From Eggerthellaceae bacterium (GTDB taxonomy: Bacteria; Actinomycetota; Coriobacteriia; Coriobacteriales; Eggerthellaceae), in contig JAFUCC010000002.1 of assembly GCA_017459925.1 (NCBI GenBank), positions 24,400 to 88,399 on the forward strand: a DNA stretch of 64,000 nt, read 5' to 3'. Below, one piece after another: positions 25,214-35,143 of the stretch. Positions within the stretch are counted from its first letter, which is position 1, and each line of letters begins with the position of its first letter. Under the pieces are notes generated by a model. That model worked only from the letters and a program-made list of their open reading frames with translations. It was not told the origin of the DNA and did no database searches. A program made the translations under genes and the position numbers.

Positions 25214-28200
25214 ATGGCGAAGATGAAGAACACGATGCGGAAGCTGACCGCGATGCTCGCGGCCGTGGCGCTGACAGTCGGCCTGTGCCCGGCTGGCGCC
25301 TTCGCAGTTGCGGGGGGGGGTACGCTGATTCCTCGCTAAACGACACCAACGCCATTACGGAGCAAGATAACGAGGCCGACGCCCAAGACGAGGGTGTTGG
25401 CCTCGGTGCTGATTCCAACTTGCAAGTGCAAGGCGGAATGACTGCACAGGCGATGAACGATCCGGATAATCCAGTGTATTGGAAATACGATTCCGCTACG
25501 TCTACCTTGTATCTCGGTGGATCAAAAGAAGGGATTCTAGAAGACGCGAACGAGTTCAGGGCTACCAAGACGAATAACACAATTTGGGCATTTCAAGAGC
25601 CTAACGTATCGGGATCGGGCGGGTGGTTTACTGGGGACATGGCAACCCAAGTTCGTAATGCAAAAAGCGTGAAGGTGGTCAATCCCCTAACAACTAAAAG
25701 CATCCACGGATGGTTTAAGAACATGACGCAACTTACTGATGTCGATTTGGAGGGCTACACGCCCATGGTGTCGAACTACTCTGTCGATTACGTATCGGCA
25801 TTTGAGGGTTGCACGTCTTTGGTAACGCTTAATGTGAAGCCCCTCTTTTACCATCCCGACCCGAACGAATACTACGTTTCCGTCTTCTATGATCGCATGT
25901 TCTACAATTGCTCTTCGCTTACGACGCTGCTTTTTCCGTCTGAGTACGTGCACTACGCTTGGGATCCGGGCGGTTCGAATCCAATCGAATACTACTACTA
26001 TGCCAAGCGCGGAGGCGGGAACATAGAATCCAGTCGTCTGTCGGCTGAAAAAATGACGTTTTACGGCTGCACTAAGCTTATCGGCGGCGAGGGGACGACG
26101 GTGGAAGCGCAAGTGTCACGTTTCGGAGGCACGGGGACGACTTTTCCTGAAACCATGGAAGGGTGCTTGGGGGTTGCGAACCTGTTTCAGATTGACGGGA
26201 CTATCGACGATCAAACTCCGTTTGCTGGCAGTTACGGGGTGTTCACGGCGTCGTCTTACGGCCTTGTTTACGACTCTAATGATGGGTCGCATCAAAGCAA
26301 GTCATACGATATCGCGCTAAATGCGAAGCCGACATTGGCATCAGCATCTTTCTTGGGGTTCAATTCGAGCGACCTGGTGTTTATTGGGTGGAACACCAAG
26401 GCTGACGGCTCGGGCACGTCATACGAGGTTGGCACTGAACTGGAAATGAGCCGAGCGACCATACTATACGCCCAATGGGCCTATCCTGTTATCTATGATG
26501 CTAACGGCGGCAAGGCGGGCACGGCTCCTGAAGACCAGATGAAAGAGCCCGGCAAGAACCTCACCCTGCATTCCGGCAAGCCTTCGCGCGACCCGGACCT
26601 GACACCCGTCACGACCACGCTGGCCTACAACGACGGCAGCGATGCCACGTCTGAGCTGAAAACCAATCGCACCGAGGAGTGGGAGTTCAAGGGCTGGACC
26701 ACTGAAGACACGGTAAGCGCCAGGAAGGGTGTCGTGACCGATGCGGAGTGGGATGCCTTGGAATCTTCGAAAAAGTATGCTCCGGGCGATACGTATTCAA
26801 CTGACGCCGAGCTGACGCTATATGCGCAGTGGAAGGCGAAAAACCCCTTGTATGCTTCTGTGGCATTGCCGAAGCCGGCCGATCGCGAAGGGTACGATTT
26901 TCTCGGGTGGTACACGGCTGCTGAGGGCGGTACCAAGGTCGGCGATGCGGGCGCGACCATCACGCCCGAGACCGATGCGACCCTGTACGCGCATTGGGCG
27001 AAGAAGTCCTATGAGGTCACCTACGATGCGAACGGCGGCGCAGGCACGCTCGAATCCGATACGAAGACCTATGGAGATACGCTCACACTGAAGAGCTCGG
27101 GCGTTTCGCGCGATAACGAGTCGGGTAAGGTCACGCTAACGCTCAACTACAAGGGCGGCTCGTATCAGGCGGGGAAGGACTCCGATTACTGGGCGTCTAA
27201 GAGTTCGGATGAGGCTACGACCACCACTACGTTCACGTTCACGGGCTGGAGCAGCAGCGCAGACGCCGAGACTGCGGAGTATTCTGCTTCCAACTCGTGG
27301 GCCTACACGGCCAACGCGGCTGCGAACCTGTACGCCGTCTGGTCCTCGAACACAACCGGCTACTCGTCGTACACGCTTCCTGATGCGACGCATCCCCAGA
27401 CTGGCGACAAGACGCACACGTTCAAGGGCTGGACGACTGCGCAGTACATCTCGACAGAATGGGGCAGCATCCCTGAAAGCTCGAGGTGGGAGGCGGGCGC
27501 GAGCTACGGCCCCGTAGAGGCCGACACTACACTCTACGCCGTATGGGATCCGCCGGCTTACGCTATCGAGTACGATGCCAACGCGGGCGACGATACGGTA
27601 TCCGGCGACCTCAGCGCGCAGAGCTATACGGCTGATGTGAACGTGCAGCTGCACGCTGCCCTCACGCGCACTCCTAAGGATGCCTCCTTCACCGTGACTT
27701 TCGACGCCAACGGCGGCGCGGTGTCTCCCGAGTCTGAGACGGCGACTAACTCGACCACGTACACGTTTAAGAAGTGGAACACGCAAGCCGACGGCGGCGG
27801 CACGGCATATGATGCGAGTGCCCAATATACGATCAACGCCGATGTGAAGTTGTATGCCCAATGGGAGAAGGGCGGGTCGGTTGCGTCCGTCAATCTGCCG
27901 ACGCCCACGCGCGACGGCTACAACTTCCTCGGCTGGACCGAAGCAGCTGATGGATCTGGCAATAAGCTGACTGGAACTTACACGCCGTCAGACGATGTGA
28001 CGCTGTACGCCCAGTGGGAGGCGAAGACCTACGCCGTGACGTATGACGTCAACGGCGGCGATGCGGACAGCAAGCCGGCCGATGCGACGAAGACTCACGG
28101 GGTCGACCTCGAGGTTGGGGCGGCTGCCACGCACGCGTATACGACTGGCGTCGTAACCGTGAAGTTCGACGGGCATGAGGGAACGGCGGCCTCAGGCTCG

Positions 28201-30738
28201 TCGCTTGACGACGCGAGTGCGCACTACAAGGTGGAGTACACGTTCCTGCGCTGGCAGGTCGGTGAATCCACTGCGTATGCCCCCGGCTCGCTGTATAAGA
28301 AGAACCAGGCCGCCACGCTAACCGCACAGTGGGCTGAGGAGACCTCGTTCACAGGTGTCGTGGAGCTGCCGACCGTGGAGCGCGAGGGCTACGACTTCCT
28401 CGGCTGGTACGACGGAGCTGGCAATGATGCCAACCTCATCGGCGATGCGGGAAGCGAGTACACGCCCGATGCCACTACGCCCGTGACGGTTACCTTGCAT
28501 GCGAAGTGGAAGGTGAAGGAGTACGACGTCACATACAACGCCAACACCGATCAGACGGTGACGGGCCTGCCCGATGCGGAGAAGAAGACGCATGGCGAAA
28601 CGTACACAGTTAGCTCCAACACGCCGACGCGCTCCGACACCGAGACGCACAGAATCACCGTAACCTACGACAGCCGCGGTGGAGCGACGACCCCTGACCC
28701 GAGCACTCTTGACGCCACGGTCGGCTACGTGTTTGACAAGTGGAACACGGCAGCTGACGGTAGCGGAACGGGGTACGCGCCTGGTGCTTCGTACACGGAC
28801 AACGACGAACTCGCGCTTTATGCCCAGTGGAACGAGAGCCTGTCCGGCAACACGGTGACGCTCCCCGCCGGGCCGACGCATTCCGTGGCCGGCTTCACGT
28901 TCCAGGGCTGGACGACCGACGATTACAAGACCACCGCGTGGGATAGCATTCCCAACGAGTCGAAATGGACGGCTGGCGCGGACTATAGCCCCACATCGAA
29001 TATCACGCTCTATGCTGTGTGGAACCCGCCGGTTTACGAGGTGTCCTACGACGCCAACGGCGGCGCGAGCGCTCCCGACAAGCAGTACAAGAAATACGAC
29101 GAGGGCCTGACTTTGTCATCCGAGGAGCCGACCTGGAACAACTCCACTGAAAGCATTGCCGTCACCTACAACGGCAATGGGGGTAGCGCGGAGCGCGGTT
29201 CCGACACGGTTACCGCCACGACAGGCTACATGTTCGAGAAGTGGACCGACCGGCAAGACGGCGACGGCACCGAGTATCAGCCGTCCGGCTCGTACACGCC
29301 CAATGCCGACGTGACGCTGTACGCGCAGTGGACCGAGTCGACCACATACGAGCCGGAGAAGGTGAAGCTCCCTGCTGCCGACCGGCCGGGCTACACGTTC
29401 CTGGGCTGGTACACCGCAGCCGACGGTGGCGAGTTCGTCGGCGATGCAGGCGCCGAGATCGCGGCGCCCGAGGAGACTACGACGTATTACGCGCAGTGGC
29501 AGGCATACGAGGAGCCGTCTGACCCCGTGTCGTATACGGTGGTCTTCCAGGTCCCCGATGACACGGATGGCGGTTCGGTCGGGAAGGACAGCCAGGAGTT
29601 CACGTTCGGCGAATCGCAGGCGTTAGACGCAGGAACCATCACGCCGCCTGCGGGCAAGGTGTTCTCGCACTGGGCTTCGGAAGGCGGCACAACCTACACG
29701 CAGAAGCAGCTCGTGAGTAACCTGACGAACGTCGACGGCGGGGAGGTAGTGCTGACGGCCGTGTGGAAGGATGCGCCCGCTGACGGCTCGCAGACATACA
29801 CCATTCAGTACTACGAGCAGGGGACGGATGGTTCGACCTACGCTATGGAAAGCGAGGAGACGATAGTCGAGGCGGTAGACACAGAGGTCTCTGTGCCCGA
29901 ATCCGCAAAGCTGGCGCCTCTCGGATTCCATTACGATGAGACGAATTCCGCCCCGTCTGGCACGGTTGAAGCCAACAGCTCCACGGTGCTCACCGTTTAC
30001 TGGGCGCGCAATCAGTTTGACGTCACGTTCGAGAAGGGTGCTGACGATGCTACCGGCTCGATGGATGGGCAGCATTTCGTCTGGGCTTCCGGCGAGGCGC
30101 TTACGCCTAATGCCTTCTCTCGCGCAGGCTGGAAGTTTACTGGCTGGAAGGTCACCGAGCAGAACGGTATGACGGCACAGGGCGAGAGCCTCATGAGCGC
30201 TCAGTCAAACGACGTTGTTGCAATGGTTGCGCAGGCGGTCGGCGATATGGTTGCTGACAAGGCCGACGGTTCACGACTTACGTGGGAAGATAACGGGACT
30301 GTTACGCTGACAGCGCAGTGGGTGAAGGATTCGAGCGGCGGGGATGACCCAGATAATCCAGGTGGTGATGACCCAGACAATCCGGGCGGCGACGACCCTG
30401 ATAATCCGAACAAACCCGGAGGCGATAAACCTGGTGGTGGTTCTGGCGACGCGGATGGTGAGTCCGGCAGTATCGAGAAAGCTGATTTTGTCCGCGAAGC
30501 AGCCAATAATAACTCGAACGCCAATGACAAGGCTCCCAGTACAGGCGATTCTAATAAGCTCATTGTCGAGGGCTTGGCCGTCATGGCGCTTCTTGCCGCT
30601 GTTGTGATGGCGCTGTCGCTTCGACAGTCACGTAAGCGCGCACACGTAGTTGGCACCTGGTCGGCTCCGGCTCGTCAAGCCGCCGCAAAGCGCCCAACGC
30701 CTCGCAAGACGACGCGTGGAAGGCATGTCAAGCGGTAA
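25214..30738 (+). CDS. giant cell-surface repeat adhesin, frameshifted at a G9 tract (phase-OFF or pseudogene in this sequence)
   Basis: ATG 25214 behind AGGGGAG encodes the signal peptide MAKMKNTMRKLTAMLAAVALTVGLCPAGAFA in frame 2. That frame stops at 25339. The 1.8k-aa body is open in frame 1 from before the G9 tract (25312-25320). Body: DUF285/BspA-like N-region (FEGCTSLVTLNV, MFYNCSSLTTLLF, FYGCTKLIGG), ~20 Listeria-Bacteroides (Flg_new)-type repeats (Y.V.YDANGG ... F.GW.T..DG.G..Y ... LYAQW), then a C-terminal PSTG motif, TM helix and basic tail. Confidence 0.85.
25312..25320 (+). repeat. poly-G (G9) homopolymer at signal-peptide/mature-protein junction
   Basis: cGGGGGGGGGt read directly; one extra G or two fewer fuses the signal peptide frame to the long ORF. 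Confidence 0.95.
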
Positions 30739-30795
30739 TGTCGTAGAACAAATGCAGAAGAACAATCATTCACGCTACGACATGTGAACCATTAT

Positions 30796-30830
30796 GCGCC
30801 GCCTCGTTTAACGGGGCGGCGCTGTCGTAT
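30796..30830 (+). terminator. probable terminator after adhesin
   Basis: GCGCCGCC-loop-GGCGGCGC hairpin ~60 nt past stop; weak T tail. Confidence 0.55.
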
Positions 30831-31099
30831 GCGCACGCTTCAGATTCTGCGGTGGTATGGATTTTCTTAGGTCAATAATCGCTGTTCGTGAGCTTCGTTA
30901 GGAATGCATTCTCGATATGCTGGCTGTGGAAAACGATCGCTCTCGCGAACGCGAAAGCTCATTTTCAAGCCATGTTTGCTTGTTTTTTACGGAAACATCG
31001 TTTGTTGGTGTCGCTGATTCTCTGAATTAACCGCAAAACGTTGCGAAAAGCCGACGAAAAGTCGTCCGAGAAGCTACGCGAATTCTCAAAACACAAGCT

Positions 31100-31128
31100 T
31101 TGACGTGCGAAAACGCGTGCATTACAAT
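31100..31128 (+). promoter_or_regulatory. near-consensus promoter giving a leaderless transcript
   Basis: TTGACG-17 nt-TACAAT; -10 ends 6 nt before ATG 31135. Confidence 0.65.
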
Positions 31129-31134
31129 CCGCCC

Positions 31135-32142
31135 ATGGTTTTCGTATTCGATGCGATAACGGCTTTGGAATTCTATCGGTCGATCTATCCGACGGAGCGA
31201 TCGCCTGTGCGCTTTGAGAATATCCCAGCCTGGGAAGAATGCGCGGTTACCGAAGAAGACGTGTGGAGCATGGCGCCAGCCTTCGTCACGCCGTCGTTTC
31301 TCGAGTGCGTAGGCGGTGTCATTCATGTGACGTCATTCGATCCGACCAGAAGGTTGAAATCGAAAACCCATCAGACCCATGCGTGGGCAGGGCGTATTCC
31401 CAAGGATTCATTTTGCCAATTCGATGTCGGTGTGTTTCTTCCGTCGCCACAGTTCATCTTCCTGCAGGCGGCTTCGCGATTGAACCTTGCTCAGCTCATT
31501 GCTCTCGGAGACGAACTGTGCGGCACGTATTCTTTCGATAAGTCCAAGGCGCGGGGACTACGACAGCGAGAGGTGCCGCTTACCAGCGTTCATGTGCTTG
31601 ACGCTTACCTCTCGTACGCGAAAGGCTGCAGAGGTTACAACAGGGCAAAAAGAGCTCTCGGGCATATCGTTGACGGGAGCGCGTCGCCAGCTGAAACGCG
31701 TGACGAGATGGAATTATGCCTTCCGCATAAGCTCGGCGGATATGCGCTTGAAAAGCCGAAGATGAACGAACAGATAATCCTTTCTCGACAAGCGTCCGTA
31801 GTGGCAAAAAAGACGTTCTGTCGCGCTGATTTGCTCTGGAAACGAGACAGTCCGAATGATTCCACCATCATCGAGCACCAAGGCGAGTTCGACCATATGG
31901 AAAGTAATCGCTTCAACGACGATCGCGCACGCGTAAACGCGCTGAGGCTCATGGGCTATGAAGTTATAGAACTAACAAGGTCGCAAGTCTGGGATCTTCG
32001 CGTATTCGAGGAAATCGCCCTGGAAATTGCAAAGCGCACTGGAAAGCGCATTCGAACTGAGAACAGGGGGCTCACACCTCAGCGAAAAGAGCTTCGTTCG
32101 ATTCTCGCTGATTGGAATGCTTCGTATGGAAGAAAGATGTGA
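31135..32142 (+). CDS. hypothetical protein with C-terminal DUF559/Vsr-like endonuclease-fold region
   Basis: C-terminus ADLLW...TIIEHQGEFDH...DDRARVNALRLMGYEVIELT fits the D...ExDG..H...D..R...L...G..V pattern of DUF559 proteins. The GTG 31105 track start lies inside the promoter, so ATG 31135 is preferred. Confidence 0.6.
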   Translation: MVFVFDAITALEFYRSIYPTERSPVRFENIPAWEECAVTEEDVWSMAPAFVTPSFLECVGGVIHVTSFDPTRRLKSKTHQTHAWAGRIPKDSFCQFDVGVFLPSPQFIFLQAASRLNLAQLIALGDELCGTYSFDKSKARGLRQREVPLTSVHVLDAYLSYAKGCRGYNRAKRALGHIVDGSASPAETRDEMELCLPHKLGGYALEKPKMNEQIILSRQASVVAKKTFCRADLLWKRDSPNDSTIIEHQGEFDHMESNRFNDDRARVNALRLMGYEVIELTRSQVWDLRVFEEIALEIAKRTGKRIRTENRGLTPQRKELRSILADWNASYGRKM

Positions 32143-32628
32143 TAGGGATTAGCTCGGCGGTATCACGGCATTCCAATTTCCATGTATTGAGACATTGACG
32201 CAAAAAGGCACTCACGCGCCCGTTTCGCAGAATTTGAATTCAAGGTTGGCAATAATTCCATGATACGCGTTTGTGGTCTAATGCGTGAACTGGGCGAATG
32301 TAAGAACGCTATGTTCTTAACCATCGATTTCGGACGCGAAACATCTCGTTTTCGCCATTAGCCTAAGCTCAATTCATCAAAACGAACGCATACCCCCCAT
32401 TTCTTTCCAAGCATTCAATTTGGATACGTCAAATCCCTTTATGTGCAAATCGAATGCAGCAGCTCAACGCGCTGGAGCGCAGACGTATAGGAACACACGC
32501 AATTGCTGAACCTGTGATGCTTTGGGACAGCTGCATCCGATTAAGATATCATCTACCTCCGAGATTAAATCCACTGAGAACCGCGAAATCAGAGTGCGAT
32601 TCCGGCTATAAGGCGATAAGGAAGCGAC

Positions 32629-34074
32629 ATGTTCGACAACTTGCAAGACCAATTACAAGAGGTATTCGACGACCTTAAGGGCAAGGGCCGCCTGACCGAA
32701 GGCGATATCCAAGCCGCCATGCGCCGCGTGCGCATGGCCTTGCTCGAGGCTGACGTCAGCTACAAGGTCGTTAAGTCGTTCGTCACGAAGACGAGCGAAC
32801 GGTGCATGCAAGCCGACGTGCTGGAATCGCTGACGCCTGCGCAAAACGTCATCAAGGTCGTGCTCGACGAGCTGACGGCCCTGCTCGGCGAGACCGATGC
32901 GAACATCGATCTTTCGCCCAACAAGCACCCTAACGTCATCATGCTCGTGGGCCTTCAGGGCTCCGGCAAAACGACGGCGGCTGCCAAGCTGGCTTATCTG
33001 CTGAAGCGCGAGGGCCACAATCCTCTGCTCGTGGCTTGCGATGTGTACCGTCCCGCCGCAGCCGACCAGCTGCAGACGCTCGGCGGCGAAATCGGCGTGC
33101 GCGTGTACCGGGAAGGCGAGGATAGCAAAGACCCCGTCGCAATTGCGAAAGCCGGCATTCGCAACGCCGTCGACAACCTGTGCGATGTCGCCATCATCGA
33201 CACGGCTGGCCGCTTGCACGTCGACGAGGAGATGATGGAGGAAGCCGAGTCGATCAAGGCCGCCGTCGAGCCTGACGAGGTGCTCATGGTGGTCGACGCC
33301 ATGACCGGTCAGGACGTCGTGAACGTGGTCGAAACGTTCAGCCAGCGCGTTGAATTCGACGGCGTCATCATGTCGAAGATGGACGGCGACGCCCGCGGCG
33401 GCGGCGCTCTCTCCATCCGCGAATCGACGGGCAAGCCCATCAAGTTCATCAGCTCTGGCGAGAAGCCCGATTCGCTCGAGGTGTTCCATCCCGACCGCAT
33501 GGCTCGCCGTATCCTCGGCATGGGCGATGTGGTCAGCCTCATCGAAAGCGCCGTGAAGGTCCAGCAGGAAGAGGAAGAGCGCGAGGCGAGCGAGCGTCTG
33601 CGGCGCATGGACCTGAACCTCAACGACTTCTTGGACATGAACCGCCAGATCCGCAAGATGGGCGGCGTTGGCAAGCTTGTCAGCGCCCTGCCCGGCGGCG
33701 ACAAGATGATGGCCCAAGGCCAGGTCGACGAGCATGCGCTCGACAAGATGGAGACCATCATCAACTCCATGACCAAGGCCGAACGCGAAAAGCCCGACAT
33801 CATCAACGGCAGCCGCCGCGCGCGCATTGCGAGCGGCGCCGGCGTCACCGTGCAAGCCGTGAACCAGCTGCTGAAGCAGTATTCCGATACGCGCAAGCAG
33901 GTTAAGAAGATGATGGCCGCCTACGGTCTGGACGAGGTTCCCACGAAGAAGGGGCGTCCCAAAAAGGGCGGCAAGAAGAACAAGAACAAGCGTCGCGGCG
34001 GTCGCGCGGGCATGCCCGGCATGGGCGGCATGAGCATGGCCGACCTTAAGAAAATCCAGAGCATGTTGGAATAG
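32629..34074 (+). CDS. ffh: signal recognition particle protein Ffh
   Basis: LVGLQGSGKTTAAAKLA, DTAGRLH, SKMDGDARGG, Met-rich M domain, basic tail. Confidence 0.96.
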   Translation: MFDNLQDQLQEVFDDLKGKGRLTEGDIQAAMRRVRMALLEADVSYKVVKSFVTKTSERCMQADVLESLTPAQNVIKVVLDELTALLGETDANIDLSPNKHPNVIMLVGLQGSGKTTAAAKLAYLLKREGHNPLLVACDVYRPAAADQLQTLGGEIGVRVYREGEDSKDPVAIAKAGIRNAVDNLCDVAIIDTAGRLHVDEEMMEEAESIKAAVEPDEVLMVVDAMTGQDVVNVVETFSQRVEFDGVIMSKMDGDARGGGALSIRESTGKPIKFISSGEKPDSLEVFHPDRMARRILGMGDVVSLIESAVKVQQEEEEREASERLRRMDLNLNDFLDMNRQIRKMGGVGKLVSALPGGDKMMAQGQVDEHALDKMETIINSMTKAEREKPDIINGSRRARIASGAGVTVQAVNQLLKQYSDTRKQVKKMMAAYGLDEVPTKKGRPKKGGKKNKNKRRGGRAGMPGMGGMSMADLKKIQSMLE

Positions 34075-34078
34075 CGAC

Positions 34079-34924
34079 GTGGCAGGAGATTTCACGATAA
34101 CGCTGGAATCCTACGACGGAACCGACAAAGATGTCGTCGTAGCCGCCGGCGTAGATAAAATCGGGCACCGGGCGTTCACGAACAATCGGTACGTGCATTC
34201 GATAACGTTGCCTGAAGGCGTCGAGGTCATCGAAGACGAGGCCTTCTCAGCGTGCGTGAACCTCCGCTCCATCAACATTCCCTCTACCGTGCGAGCAATT
34301 GGCGCTGGCGCATTCAAAGGCTGCTGGCGGCTTGAGGAGGTTCATGTTCCCGAAGGCGTTGAGACCCTTGGCCTGAAGACGTTCGCGCGATGCCGTTCGC
34401 TCAAGACGCTCACGCTGCCCACGACATTGCGTTCGATTGGCGAGGCATGCTTCCAGCATTGCGGCGACTTGGAAACGCTCGTCCTGCCCGATGCGCTCGA
34501 GAGCATCGGGACGAGCGCCTTCTACAACTGCAAGACGCTGAAGGACGTCGCCTGGCCCTCGGCTCTTGAAGTAGTCGAAAACGAGGCGTTCCGCGGATGC
34601 GCTGCTCTAGAAGAAGTCGAGATGCCCGAGTCGGTTGGCTGGATGGGGCAGCGGTGCTTCAAGGATTGCGCATCGCTCGCATCTGCCGCCTTGCCGCCGA
34701 ACATCGAGTTCATCGAGGAGGGCATGTTCGAGGGTTGCTCGGCGCTCGATGCCGTGGTGGTTCCCAACGATTTGTCTCATGTCGAATCTCGCGCGTTTGC
34801 CGACAGCGGCTTATCGCAGGACGACATCGCGTTCCCGGAGGACTGCCACATAGCCCCCGACGCCTTCGCGCAATCGGAGCCGAAAGAAGTGACCGGCCGC
34901 GCCGAGTGGGATCCCGAATCATGA
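34079..34924 (+). CDS. BspA-type leucine-rich-repeat protein without signal peptide
   Basis: ~10 iterations of I..GAF.GC..L..V.[LI]P..[VL]; GTG start 4 nt after ffh stop. Confidence 0.75.
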   Translation: MAGDFTITLESYDGTDKDVVVAAGVDKIGHRAFTNNRYVHSITLPEGVEVIEDEAFSACVNLRSINIPSTVRAIGAGAFKGCWRLEEVHVPEGVETLGLKTFARCRSLKTLTLPTTLRSIGEACFQHCGDLETLVLPDALESIGTSAFYNCKTLKDVAWPSALEVVENEAFRGCAALEEVEMPESVGWMGQRCFKDCASLASAALPPNIEFIEEGMFEGCSALDAVVVPNDLSHVESRAFADSGLSQDDIAFPEDCHIAPDAFAQSEPKEVTGRAEWDPES

Positions 34925-34939
34925 TTGAACGGCAGGGAG

Positions 34940-35023
34940 TTGAACATCACCCCAGGGAAGATGTTCAATTTGAGGGCGATTAGTCCTCGGAAAATTGAAC
35001 ATCTTCCCTGGGGTGATGTTCAA
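34940..35023. repeat. family-A paired palindrome (copy A2)
   Basis: 32-bp perfect inverted arms TTGAACATCACCCCAGGGAAGATGTTCAATTT / AAATTGAACATCTTCCCTGGGGTGATGTTCAA, 20-nt loop; preceded by degenerate half copy TTGAACGGCAGGGAG. Confidence 0.95.
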
Positions 35024-35064
35024 CCACTACGGTTGTGCGGTTTGGTTGAAGTGAGTTTCCAGGC

Positions 35065-35093
35065 TTGTCAAACGCCGATTCGGGACATATCAT
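35065..35093 (+). promoter_or_regulatory. candidate promoter of rpsP operon
   Basis: TTGTCA-17 nt-TATCAT, 50 nt upstream of rpsP ATG. Confidence 0.5.
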
Positions 35094-35143
35094 ACTGTGT
35101 TGCTGTTTTTGAAGCATGACAAAAGCTAAAGGAGTTCGTTTAC

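Noticed and set aside
25105-25311. ORF-track start (MRHNPGWKTTGRRL...) for the adhesin.
   Set aside because: This N-terminus is Arg/Gly-rich and lacks both an RBS and a signal peptide. It also overlaps the leader hairpin. The real start with signal peptide is ATG 25214 in the neighbouring frame, joined through the G9 tract.
25972-25982. GGTTCGAATCC, the canonical tRNA T-loop sequence.
   Set aside because: It lies inside the adhesin coding frame (DPGGSNPIEY). The flanks cannot form a T-stem or acceptor stem. No tRNA cloverleaf can be drawn.
26200-29600. Adhesin repeats as the target of a diversity-generating retroelement or as a CRISPR-like array.
   Set aside because: There is no reverse transcriptase or template repeat in the window. 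The repeats are in-frame protein domain repeats of variable sequence.
31105-31134. GTG 31105 as start of the DUF559-like gene.
   Set aside because: It falls between the -35 and -10 boxes of the TTGACG/TACAAT promoter. ATG 31135 fits a leaderless transcript.
32301-32319. TAAGAAC-GCTAT-GTTCTTA palindrome as a LexA box upstream of ffh.
   Set aside because: The spacing is GAAC-N5-GTTC rather than N4, and ffh is not an SOS gene. It is kept only as a structural note.
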